Of a stretch of DNA of 64,000 nucleotides, positions 40,791 to 53,507 are shown one piece after another. The stretch is from Octopus sinensis (Eukaryota). The stretch is from contig NC_043004.1 in the NCBI RefSeq assembly GCF_006345805.1, forward strand, positions 28,830,001 to 28,894,000. The letters are read 5' to 3'. Under the pieces are notes generated by a model. It made no database searches and was not told the origin of the DNA. It saw only the letters and a list, made by a program, of their open reading frames with translations. Position 1 is the stretch's first letter. Each line of letters opens with the position of its first letter. A program made the translations under genes and the position numbers.

Positions 40791-41551
40791 GTATGAATGC
40801 CTACACACATCAGTCTGCCATGCTTGTCACATTTTTCTTGTATTTTATGAAAATAAGACTCTTTAGGCATAACTTGTGTAAACAAACATCTTCAAATAGT
40901 TCAAATTCCTTATCCATAAACATATTCATGCCTATACACATTTTTATAAAGATATTTTATTCATACACATACAAACTATATATATATATATATATATATA
41001 TGTTGTGTGTGTGTGTGTGAGTGATTATATATATATATATATAGATATATATATAAAACAGATGTGTGTGTGTGAGTGAGTGATTATATATATATATATA
41101 TATAAAACAGATAAAATACAAGCAATGTAACAAATACTAGTTAATGATAAACACACTGTCCATGTATGAGCTTTCCATATTTTATTCCCGAAAGAACTAA
41201 GTTTCAGATAACAAGTATATATGGCTTTCAATACGACATATACTGATATAAACCATAGAGGAAGAGATTAATGAGAAGCATCGAAATAGATGCAGGTACA
41301 GAATTTCATTTTCATTTCCATCAATTGTGAATTGTCTTGGTTGGTCTGGTTCCTTACGTATATACACTTGGTTTGTTTTTGTTTTCTTTTTCTCTTCACT
41401 AAAGAAACAGTCTGCAACTAACAGTTAAAATTCCTTCATTGGAATTTAGATAATGCTATGCATAAATATATGTATTTAAGTATGTATGTATGTATGTATG
41501 TATGTATGTATGTATGTATGTGTGTGTGTGAGTGTGTGTGTGTGTGTGTGT

Positions 41552-41595
<44 letters not shown>

Positions 41596-41599
41596 CAGG

Positions 41600-42320
41600 C
41601 ACATGTTCTCTTCCACTTTTAATTATTTAAATCCTTCCACTGAGGAAGGAGCCGGTTTCTGACAATAATACAAACCTCCATTGTTGGAATGGAGATAACA
41701 AAAGCAATGTCACATTTTAAACTAGAGAAAAGTCTTATAAATTTTTAATGTTCCAATTACAAATTGTATTTGGTCGAGTTCTTTTTCTGAAAGGACTAGC
41801 TGATCCAAATAGTCACTTAGGCATTTATTCACAAAGCCAACCACACCAATTATTACTGTTAGTATAAATGACAATTCATAATCAGGATATAGAAGCAGTA
41901 GTCCATGTTTAACTTCTTTCTCTTTGATTTTCAAAGAGATATTCATGTCAGCGGGACAGCTGACCTCTATGATGGAACATACTTTTTCTTGTCTGTCCCA
42001 AACAACGATATCCAGCATTATATGTTTACATTTCACAGATGCTTTGATGTGAATGTTCCACCAGAATTCCTTGATTTAATGTTTTTGTATGTATTGAATA
42101 ACAGTGGGATTCTCTGTATTTATTCCAGGACAGAATATTTTTCCCGAATTGTGTTGTATACTGTTTTAGCAAAGTTGTGTCGCGCAGTGAGGATGTACTT
42201 TGGTGACATTTTGGGGGCAGCTACTAATCACGTGAGTGATGTCTTCCACAGAAATATGACAATCTACATTTTTGATTGCATCTTAGAATTCCAAGGGCTT
42301 CATTGTTTCTTTTGTTGATT
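41600..42320 (-). mobile_element. RLE-type non-LTR retrotransposon 3' end (R4/Dong-like)
   Basis: CRL...EDITHVISSCPKMSPKYILTARHN knuckle plus RHN, then LDIVVWDRQEKVCSIIEVSCPADMNISLKIKEKE PD-(D/E)xK endonuclease and IIGVVG motif. Confidence 0.85.
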
Positions 42321-42483
42321 AAGTATTAATAGGAATCTCCAGTTTTTGGTCCCAGTACATCTCTGCATGTGCATACAAATACATGTGTGTGTGTGTGGTG
42401 TGTGTGAATTTGAAGAAGGATTAGAGAATACCTACAATACATACACACATATATACATATATGTATACAGACAGACAGATATA

Positions 42484-43392
42484 TTTCTTTATTGGCCATG
42501 CAGGGCTGAACACAGAAAGAACAAAATACGAAGTAGAGCTCTTCTTTTTGGGAAGAAGAGAAGGGAAAAGTAAAAAAAAAAAAAAAAAAAAGTGGGTAAA
42601 ATTCCAATCAAAAGGGATCAGGAAAAAAAAAAGTTGGGGACAATCAATAGGGATCATGTATCACAGAAATGTCAATGTAAAAAGGAGAAACAGATTAGGT
42701 TTGGATAGAAAAGCCTACGGAAAAGACCATAGGAACCTAGGGCAATAGTGTCATGCAAAAAAACATATTACAGTAAATAGCTCTCTTTTTTCCCTTTGGT
42801 TTTTTTTTTTTTGATTCATAGGATTGTGCTCAAGCTAGCTCCGTCATTCACCCATCTTTTTTTTAAACATTCACAACATAAAACTTCCCTCTCTACTCTC
42901 ACCTTCTTCTTCAAGTGATACTTGAAGAAGTTGATGAGAGATTGACCAGAAAGGAAAGTGTTTGTCTCTAGACCTTTCAGACGCGTCCACGATACACATT
43001 CTTTTGCCATAGCCACAAGTACGATAAAAATGGCTATTCCTTCCTGTATCAGGGAAGGAGGCACGACAATATTCACAATAAACTTGGTTTATAAACCGAC
43101 TCATCCCACACACGATAGCAGTTGTTCGACATAGGCCCACAGGTAGGAAATGATTGGACATTGCACGAGTGCGTGCGGGATGGTTTCATCGCTCTGACTG
43201 CATCTCGGACAGGTCAGCCCCGTGTTTCTCGAGCTATGCCTGTAAATCTTATCCTGAATGGGTAGTGCTTCTCGATAGCACTGCCAGGCGAGGGATCTCT
43301 GGAAGTTGTCCATAGGTCCCAGCCCGAAAGTCATCTTGAACAGGCAGGTCAGGTATTCGTAGTCGACACCCAGGTTCGCCCCGAGATCGTCG
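42484..43392 (-). mobile_element. Tx1/L1-clade LINE 3' fragment
   Basis: [23 protein letters not shown]...CPRCSQSDETIPHALVQCP...FFKYHLKKKVRVEREVL; 3' UTR ending AATAAAGAAA. Confidence 0.9.
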
Positions 43393-43479
43393 ATGGATGG
43401 ATGGATGGATGGATGGATGGATGGATGGATGGATGGATGGATGGATAGATAGATAGATTTTAAATTTGTTTATGGGAAA

Positions 43480-43700
43480 TGTTTTGAATATGCAAGCAGT
43501 GTGCATATACGACAGTGTAAGTGCCTTGAGAGAAAAGTTGGACCTAAGAAGCATCAGATGTGGTGTGCAAGAGAGACGACTGTGCTGGTATGATCATGTG
43601 GTGAGAATGGATGAAGATAGCTGTGTGTAAAAGTGTCACACCCCAGTGGTTGAGGAAACCTGTGGAAGAGGTAGACCCAGGAAGACCTGGGATGAGGTGG
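43480..43700 (+). mobile_element. RTE LINE internal fragment
   Basis: GAGAGAAAAGTTGGACCTAAGAAGCATCAG...GGTAGACCCAGGAAGACCTGGGATGAGGTGG matches the 24.8 and 54.2 kb copies. Confidence 0.85.
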
Positions 43701-43719
43701 TGTAATCTATTATATAAAT

Positions 43720-43990
43720 GGCACACATTTGGCTGTTAAACAAGAGGTACTGCAATAGCCTATGGTTCAAAGGTCCACAGTACTTCAATGCTCTGCCACA
43801 AAAATTAAGAAATCTACATAATGTAGACACAGATGTCTTCAAGGAAGACATCAAAGTCCTCTCCACAATACCTGATGAACTAATAACAAGGCATGAGGTA
43901 CAGACAAGGGCAGTGGAATCAAACTCCCTCATGCACCAAATGGGCCAACAGAGTGTTGCTCCAGCATGACCACAGCTGCATAGCTGAAAT
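43720..43990 (+). mobile_element. CR1/L2-like LINE 3' end
   Basis: RYCNSLWFKGPQYFNALPQKLRNLHNVDTDVFK...IPDEL...ESNSLMHQ plus tail CCAGCATGACCACAGCT. Confidence 0.85.
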
Positions 43991-44089
43991 GATTTGTGTA
44001 TGTTTCAGTTTTAAGTAGTTATACCTTTGTTTCTCTATAATAATTTTGTAAACAAATATGATGTCTGATCAAACCGTTGTATTAAAAAC

Positions 44090-44700
44090 GAGCAGGAAAA
44101 TCTAGCTATGATATTGCAAAATAGCTCAATGTGTAGTAAGATGGTGTATAATGATTGGAAATGTTAGTCAATCTGGCATGACATCAAGTAAGCCAGTACC
44201 AGGGTGTAAAAGAACTGTTTGCACCAAAACCTATGATTGATACTGTGAGAAAGAGAGTTCAAAGCAATCCTCATAGAAGCATGCAAAAAATAACATGAGT
44301 GCTCAATATTTCAAAATCTTCAATGCACAGGATTGCTAAGGAGGATCTCAGGCTAAAGGCATACAAAAAGCAACCAAGTCATATAATTTCAGCAGCTTTG
44401 AAGAAAAAAACGGTTCACTAGGGGAGAAAAAGATGTCAGGAAATATGAACAGTGCCACAAACAGGTCTTCATTTGGAGTGACAAGATCTTCCTGTGGGGG
44501 GCTGTTACAAACTGAACAACAGATTGTATGCTTCTCATGATGAGGACTTGCCTGAAGGGAGCTGAACCCATTTTTGTCATCAGAAACCAGCTACGATTAT
44601 GGTATGGGGTGCTGTAGCATCTAATGGGCCAAGTCTCCTTTGATCTTCATTTATGAGGTTGTTAATGTGAATAGCACAGTTCACATCCAAATGTTCACTG
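44090..44700 (+). mobile_element. Degenerate maT/Tc1-mariner transposase, N-terminal half
   Basis: VRKRVQSNPHRSMQK...IAKEDLRLKAYKKQPSH...FIWSDK...QKPATIMVWGAVASNG. Confidence 0.85.
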
Positions 44701-46889
44701 TTGCAGTTCAGTAACCACTCATTTGCAGGCCATGATTAAAGCAAGAAGTGGTCATTTTGAAATCTGATTTGTATATTAGATAGGTAAACTGTAGTTCTTA
44801 TAGTTCAGGAAGTCTGATAACCCTCTCTTGTATATATTATGAATAAGGACAAAAATATGATAGGTAAATCTTTCTGGGACACCTGGTACATGTGCATTTT
44901 TCTTTGTTCACATTTCTATGCATTTGTGTATACATATATTTACATACACACACATATAGATACACACTCACACACACATATATCTATGTAGCATTCCACA
45001 AACACACAGTTATATAAAATATATAAACTAAAATATGATATCAAGCAATAATACAAGAAAGAGATACAATGCAAAAAATAAGAGAAATAAACAGTTTGAA
45101 AGTTGTTTCACTATTTATAGAATGAAGATTATTAATAGCATAATAAGAATGCATAATTAGGAGTCCTATTACATAGTCATACATTACTTGAACAATATCT
45201 AAATTTCTAGATAATATATATAACTATCTTAGAGGGTATAGATAAGAAAGTTAGGGTATGTTGTCAGAAGTGAATTAAGTAACAGGTTTAAAATACACAA
45301 ATATGTTTCTAATATTATGTAAGCGTTTTAATCTCTAAGTTATTGAGACATATTAAGGACATTACCTAGACCTTTAGGAACTTCCCATACGTCAGCACAG
45401 CAAAGCATGCATTGGTACCTATAATCAAAGTATCATAATGCTTGTTTTACTATGTTCCAGGTAATTTGGAATTGAAAGTTACTGTTTTTCAATTCGTAAT
45501 TTTTTTTTACCTGAAAGACATAACTCTAGCCTTATTACAATTCTTTAAAAAAAAAAGTGATTTTAAATTATTTGCTTGAATTTGCATGTGGTGGTAAAAT
45601 ATTTTAGATTAGTTATTACAGTGTATCTATATACAATATGTTTAGTTAAGAAAAATTATTTAGAGGACTAGAAATTCGTTTTAACAATTACATACTTCAG
45701 ATGTATGGCCATCAATGCTACTGGTGTCATTCAAGTATGGCAGAGAGTTTCAACCACTGCCAGACCCAACAAAACTATCCAAACCACCTAGGTTCACGTT
45801 AGGATCACTGCCACTAGCAACAGCAGGACCAAACAAGGCAGTGGGAGTTAAAACAGTTATTGTGATCATTAGTAGTTGCATAATCCACAATGACACCAGA
45901 ATTAGTGTGATTATTATGCCTGCTGGCTGCACCATTCACAGTGTCAAGATTAATTATTTGTCCCCTACTTCCGACACTATAAGTTCTACATGCATGGCTA
46001 GAATCATTACCTCTGAGTGTGACAATTTTAGATATTGAAAAAGCAGGCTGACATATGATATCATGACTGATGGTGTTGGCTACTTGATTGGTACAGTTGG
46101 TCATCATTAGAGTGGTCCATGACAAGAATGCTACTACTATTGCCATGGTAGCTAGAACTTTGGATACAAATGTGCAGTTAGTACTATGATTAGTTTCCAC
46201 AAATGAACATAGAATAGTCGAGTCCCTTACAGATTACTAGGAAACCTCACTTAAAGTCATAAAATGATAAATACAACACTGTAAAGTGATTGGTGAATGA
46301 GCAAAGACTTCATGAGAAAAAAGCAGATCATTTTGTCATACTATAGACATATTATCCACTCTAGTGCTAGTGTGAGCATAAAATACACCCAGAATACTCT
46401 GTACAATGACTGGCACCAGGAAACTGATCCATTGAGAGTAAAAATTACAGTAGGTAGACCATACTCAAGCCTATTCAACAGGGCAGTAATTCTGAATAAA
46501 GTGTAACAAAGTCCATGCCAATGTGGAAAAAGGAAAATTATAACATTTACTGTAGTAAGAAATTCAGAGAAGGGCAGCAAGATTCTGAGACAAATTTAGG
46601 TAAAACAGAAATTGTAAAAGGATTTTGTTTGCATAAAATCAATAAATAAATAAGCAGAATTATGCAGAAGTTACCATACCTGTTTCAATGAGTTTATCCA
46701 TCTTATGATTCAGCCAGTAAATCCTGTATTTAGATAATTTTCATTCCTATAAATACAAAAGAATACATAAATATGTAAATATGAACTAACATACAATTTA
46801 TTTATCCTACACATATATATATATACAAATGTATACATACACATATATAAATATATAGGTATATGTACATATATACAGTAGGGATAAGA

Positions 46890-47881
46890 AGAGAGAGGGA
46901 AATATTTGAGGTTTGTATTAGGTTTTATGTAGATTTCATGGAGTCCTATGGCTAGGTTGCAGTTGTAATTTATAGACTCGTGTTCCTTTTCTATAGTAAT
47001 AATTAGGCTGAATCTTTAAAAGAAATATATTTTCTTAATCAGATCTAATCTCCTATTTGAGGTGTTTTTTAGTATGAATGGTGCATTGTCCCTATATAGC
47101 CCACCCTTGATTTCTGGGAATTCTTCCTGTGGGTATAACAAATAAATACCTACTAAGTCTGTTACCTGTGCTGAATCAGGGGCTCCCATGGTGATATCGA
47201 AGTTATTAGGGGAGTCTTTTCTTACCCATAGTTTATTATTGAAATTTATTACTGATTTTCTCTCTTCTAAGATTACATTAATTTCCATCATTGTTAGTTG
47301 GATATGATTTTTGACAAAGGTAACAGCACTATTCAGGATCATAGGGTTAATAAATGTGTAGTAATCTTCTAAGTCTATTTGTAGGAACTTACAGTTTTTC
47401 TTGTTCTGAATTTTAGAGAACCAGTTTAATGCTTCATAGGTGTTGGACCATAGTTCTAGGGCTATCATATTCTTTGATGTTGCACCACCAAAACAGCAAT
47501 GACTTTACCAAAGGAGTTTTCAAGACTAGGAAATCATCAAACAGCCACTTAGATGCCATTGAAGACGAACTATGGGATACTATTAAGAACCTACAATTCA
47601 AACGACACCTACTAAGAAACAACAGCTACCAAAAAAACCTAAAGGACCTACTATATAAACTGAAATTGCAAAAGGGAATTATTGTACACTCTGATAAAAC
47701 AAGGAATTCTTACACATTGGATATAAATTTATACCACCAGCTGTTGCATAAAGAAACTATAAAACAATACAAAATAGCACCTAACAACACCTTAAGATCT
47801 ATGAACTTAGCAGCAAAGAACATTATGACAGACTACAACATAGATGAGAAAAGTGAAACCTTCGTCCCTTCCAGAACCTAA
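46890..47881. mobile_element. Penelope-like element with internal inversion: RT core on minus (46890-47468), upstream ORF part on plus (47469-47881)
   Basis: Minus: FLQIDLEDYY...FDITMGAPDSAQVTDLVGIYLL...GLYRDN. Plus: FKTRKS...IEDELWDTIKNLQFK...HSDKTRNSY...LLHKETIKQY. Confidence 0.85.
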
Positions 47882-48059
47882 ATTTTCCCTTGTCTATCTT
47901 TATCTCTTCCTTTCCATTGCACTCCTCAAACCTAAATATTATTCTGATACTTTGTCTAGTTACATGCAAAATCGTACTGCTGCTAGATATAAACTTTACC
48001 CTTATTTACAGTTTCCTTTGTAAATATACAAACTACCTACAACCTAGCTCCTATTCACC

Positions 48060-48420
48060 ACACCGAATATCCCTAATTCGGGATAACTCCCTCAGATTAT
48101 GCCGGCAGTCAACAAGCTGAACAGGCAGACAAGTGTAAGTCATGCTAATAACTAACTAATGAGATTTCAGATTCAACAAACCTCTATTCTTCAACTACCT
48201 CACAATGGATTTAATGAACTTTGAACCCAACAAGAATGTAAAACTTTCAAATCAGTGAACATTTTCTTTTCCGATTTCTCCCTCTATCTTTCGCTCTCTT
48301 CTCCTCTTTGTCTATCTCAGCCTTCTTCGTTCTGATGACGTCAACCATTTGCAACAAGGTATATACATATTTACCTCAACAATACACAGAAACAGCTGTA
48401 AACTCATTCTTACCCTCACC
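48060..48420 (+). mobile_element. Probable Penelope-like 3' region with decayed hammerhead motif
   Basis: CTGATGA at 48332-48338 and GAAACAGCTGTA at 48389-48400 follow a pyrimidine-rich tract. Confidence 0.45.
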
Positions 48421-48686
48421 TTGCTCAACTAATTAAATAAATGCTTTTTAGCAACAAAAACACACTTCTATTTGTTGTCGTTCCCCTAAATCCGTATCAT
48501 CTATATATACATTAAAATACAGTTTATCTTTTATATTACCAGCTGCTGTATACTTTAAACCAAGGACCATACTTACTGAGGTAATTACCAGGAGTGCCTC
48601 TGGATACACCTATCGCTTAGAGGGCTTAAACACCTCTAGCTTATACCTTGCATAACATATATACGTATATATATATATATATATAT

Positions 48687-49640
48687 GTCATAAAATACAG
48701 TGTACATTTAAACACATGAGGAATCCACTCATGGGATTCAACATGCTAGAAAGAACAGCTAAGTTCTATAACCACAAAATTAGGGATAAAATTTGACAGG
48801 AACGAAATGAAAAAATAAAAACATTTTACCATCTAGTTTCTTTTGGACCAATTGGTTACTGATTTTAGTTTGGCAAGTAAATAACATTTACCTGCTAGGT
48901 GAAATCATCCTGAACAGGTACACCTTGGGTTAAATATATAAACACAAGGTGATCAAACTATGTGCCTCTTGTTTATATATCCTAATTTTTTCAAAATCTA
49001 CTGCGCAGATGCAGCCCTTCGCCGACAATAAAAAAAATGCCAACTTTTAAAAACCGAAAATTATCCAAAAACTTACAATACTTAATCATATCAAAGGGAA
49101 ATGGAAATTAATTAAAATTTTCATTTCCAGTAGCCTAACGTGTAAAAATTTAGTCCAAAGACTATGTATTAGTCATAAAATACAGTGTACATTTAAACAC
49201 ATAAGGAATCCACTTATGGGATTCAACACGCTAGAAAGAACAGCTAGATTTCACCTGGCAGGTAAGTGTTATTTACTTGCTAAACTAAAATCAGAAACCA
49301 ATTGGTCCAGGAAACTTGATGGTAAAATGTTTTTATTTTTTCATTTCGTTCCTGTCGAATTTTATCCCTAATTTTGTGGTTCTTCAACCTGGTATGATAC
49401 ACACGGACTCGAGTTTCTGGGTATTGACCCGTCATCAGCATGTGACAATCACTGGTTGTTAATGAAAAGTAAGTTCCCGATGCAAATATATATCCTTTTT
49501 CCAGTGACGAAAATTCACTGATATCGAAAAAGTGTCCACAAGCAATAATAAATCTCTGAGTGAGGTATAAATAGTAGCGGCATGACATCGTGAAGTATAC
49601 TTGCCACTTAAATGTGGCTAACCCTTAAGGGTGGATGCTA
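48687..49640. repeat. Interspersed element with a partly inverted duplication of ~210 bp
   Basis: 48687-48761 is a direct copy of 49172-49246; 48770-48906 is an inverted copy of 49247-49381. Confidence 0.8.
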
Positions 49641-49991
49641 TATATAAGTATATATATATATACTTATATAGATATGTATTTATATATATATGTGTGTGTG
49701 TGTGTGTGTATATATATGTATATATATGTGTGTATGTGTGTGTGTGTGTATATATATATATACACATGCATATATATGGATTGTTTGTGGAAAACATAAA
49801 TCCAGAGAAGCACACTCTGGCACCTCCAGGATTGAGTGGTCCCAATGATAATGGTGCAAAACCGCAATCTGACAAGGAAAACTCATCTGAGAATAATGTG
49901 TGTGCTGTGTCTGTGTTCTATATTCCCTGTCTGTTATGTTTTCTTCGAGTTTCCTGTTTGCTCTTCTTTCGTCTAACTTATTCTCTTTGTT

Positions 49992-51205
49992 CATCATCAT
50001 CATCATCATCGTTTAACATATGTTTTCCATGCTAGCATGGGTTGGACAGTTCGACCGGGGTCTTTGAAGCCAGGAGGCTGCACGAAGCTCCAGTCTGATC
50101 AGGCAGTGTTTCTACAGCTGGATGTCCTTCCTAATGCTAACCACTCCGTGAGTGTAGTGGGTGCTTTTTACGTGCCAGGGGAAACTGGCAATGGCAAAGA
50201 TCAGTTGGTGCATTTTACATGCCACTGGCACGGTAGCCAGTCAAGTCAGCGCTGGCATTGGCCACATTCAGATGGTGCTTTTTACCTGCCACCGACACAG
50301 GTATCACAGGTACAATTTCCATTTGATTTTTTTGATGTTGATGTACTTGACTCAATAGGCCTCTTCAAGCACAGCAGGTTGCCCTACGATCCAAGGTAAG
50401 CATAGCAAGCCATCTTGTGATCCAAGGTACTTTCGATGGGCTGGGGCTTCTATGTGAAGCTGGTGCAGGAAACAGCCATGAACTCATGTTATTTGTCGAG
50501 TCTTTGCAGTCACAGCATATCTCCAGATGTCTCGGTCTTTTGTCATTGCCTCTGTGAGGCCTAAGGTTCGAAGGTCATGCTTGACCACCTTATCCCATGT
50601 CTACCTCTACCCCGGATTCCTTCAACTGCTGGGGAGTGGCACTTCTTCACACAACTCTCCTCATTCATCTATAGTACATGACCATACCAGCACAAACGTC
50701 TCTCTTGCACACCACATCCAATGCTTCTTATGTCCAGCATTTCTCTCAAGGTGCTTACACTCTGTCATGTGTGCACACTGACATTACACATCCAGCGGAT
50801 CATGCTAGCTTCATTTCTTTCAAGCCTACGCATGTCCTCTGCAGTCACAGGCCATGTTTCGCTACAGTGAAGCATAGCAGTTCGCACAATCTACCTTTCA
50901 CTCTGAGCGAGAGGCCCTTTATCACGAGTAGGGGTAGAAGATTTCTAAACTTTGCCCTGGCTATTCGTATTCTAGTGGTAACACTAACTGAGCAATCCAC
51001 CTCCACTACTAAATTGGTCACCCAGGTAGCGGAAACTATCAATTACTTCTAGTTTCTTCCCCTGGAGTGTGATGGGATCTGTTTTCTGAGTATTTGTGGT
51101 GTCTATTGTCCCTGTGCATCTGCCACACATGAGAGTTATCTTCTCGATTTTCCTTCGATGTTGCTGCACCACTAATGCATCCATAGCTTACACTGTGTAC
51201 ATCTT
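49992..51205 (-). mobile_element. RTE LINE 3' fragment with (GAT)n tail, moderately decayed
   Basis: LEVIDSFRYLGD...VTTRIRIARAKFRNLLPLLVIKGLSLRVKGRL; tail CATCATCATC...CCATGCTAGCATGGGTTGGACAG. Confidence 0.9.
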
Positions 51206-51490
51206 ATGGAGTTCCTGCCTACGTACACATATACATATATATACACATACACACAAACATATACATACACATATACGTGTATACATTTATATACACACAT
51301 ACATACATGTATATATATCTACACACACACATATATATAACATATGTATGTTTATACACACACACACACATATATATAACATATGTATGTGTATACACAC
51401 ACACACACATATATATATAACATATATGTATGTATACACACACACACACACATATATATAACATATATGTATGTGTATACACACACACAT

Positions 51491-51578
<88 letters not shown>

Positions 51579-52573
51579 TATACAGGGACATATGGAGATT
51601 GAAAAGTAACTACCTATTTTAAAATACAAACTTTCTATTAATTTTAATTTTTTCACAATTTGTTTTTTTTTTGTCTGTTTAGTCATATATTGTATTTGTT
51701 CGCTTGTATACCCACGTGTGTGAGTGACTGTAGATTGAAGATTTAATACGCGTGTGTGGAGCGCGACTATGCCTGTGTGTGATAGAAAGAGACCAACGTA
51801 TTGGTTTACATGTCTACCCGCATTTTTGAATAAGTTTGAAACAAATCAAAGCTAAATACAACAATCGTCGAATTGAGTATCTGGAATGTTGCTACATATC
51901 AACTAAAACCTGATTGTTTAAGCATCTTTCTCGTACGTTGTTATATGTCTGCTTATATAAACTCCTCTAATACGACATTCATGTCGGGAGGACGCAATAA
52001 ATCTCAGTAAAAAATATATTACACAGGCATCGGAACTTTTCAAATTAATTTTTATTCGTGACGTTAAATAAATTTTACGACGTTTCAATTTAGATGATCT
52101 CTTTATCACCGTAATCTGTTTCCTATGCTTTGTGTGTATTCCCAGCACTGGAAGTAAACAGGACTTCAGTTTCCCGCTTATTTCTTTTACGTTAATATTA
52201 CAAGCATGTCATATTTCCCTTCTTTGTAACGTCAGTGGTGGTGCTGGGAGGTTGTAGAATGGTAGTGGTGGTGGCGGTGGGGGTGAAACTTTATAAAGCT
52301 ATTTGCTTGATATAATTAAAAATATCTAATCATACAATACCTAATTGCTTGAGATGGTAGTAATAACAGCTAAATACCATTCACATCTAACAATACCACC
52401 TTAAAAATGCTGTTAATAATAAAAACTCATAGCCGAGATGGTCGCAGAGAGCTTTTAGGGTATGGCAGCTTCTAAATAAACAGGACAATAATGTAATGAT
52501 ATATATGTGTATATATATATGTATGTATGTATATATATATATATATATATGTATGTATATATATATATGTATG

Positions 52574-52606
<33 letters not shown>

Positions 52607-52672
52607 TATGTATGTATATATATATTATATGTATGTATATATATATATATAGTATGTATATATATATATATG

Positions 52673-52717
<45 letters not shown>

Positions 52718-52734
52718 TTTTTTGTTTTTGTTTT

Positions 52735-52944
52735 TCCAGTTTCAGCTCTTGAGCTGTGGCCATGCTGGGGCACCGCCATTGTGGTGAAAGAGTACAGCAG
52801 GGATCACCACCCCCTGCCGGAGCCTCGTAGAGCTTTTAGGTGTTTTCGCTCAATAAACACACACAACGCCCAGTCTGAGAATCGAAACCGCGATCCTGCG
52901 ACCGCGAGTCCGCTGCCCTAACCACTAGGCCATTGCGCCTCTAC

Positions 52945-52945
<1 letters not shown>
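52735..52945 (-). mobile_element. Short tRNA-derived SINE with CR1-type 3' tail
   Basis: Head AGAGGCGCAATGGCCTAGTGGTTAGGGCAGCGGACTCGCGG...GTTTCGATTC; tail GGCGGTGCCCCAGCATGGCCACAGCTC...GCTGAAACT matches 22060-22110. Confidence 0.9.
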
Positions 52946-53033
<88 letters not shown>

Positions 53034-53381
53034 GTATATATATAATATATATATATGTATATATATATATGTATATATGTATATATATATATGTATATAT
53101 ATATGTATATATATATGTATATATATATGTATAATATATATGTGTATATATATATATGTATATATATGTATATATATATGTATATATATAATATATATAT
53201 ATGTATGTATAAATATATATGTATGTATAAATATATATGTATGTATATATAATATATGTATGTATAAATATATATGTATGTATATATATATTATATATAT
53301 ATATATATAAATATATATGTATATATATATATATAAAATATATGTATATATATATATATAAATATATATGTATATATGTAT

Positions 53382-53412
<31 letters not shown>

Positions 53413-53507
53413 AATATATATGTATATATGTATATATATAATATAATATATATATAAATATATATATATATATAAATATATATGTATATATGTATATAAA
53501 TATATAT

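Noticed and set aside
45445-45468. TTTTACTATGTTCCAG|GTAATT as a recursive splice site
   Set aside because: Single motif with no evidence for a plus-strand host intron; plausible by chance.
45700-45790. Ig-like CxAxNxxG (CMAINATG) and Ly6-like QCYWC motifs after a plus-strand acceptor
   Set aside because: Both frames stop within about 30 codons and the rest of either domain is missing.
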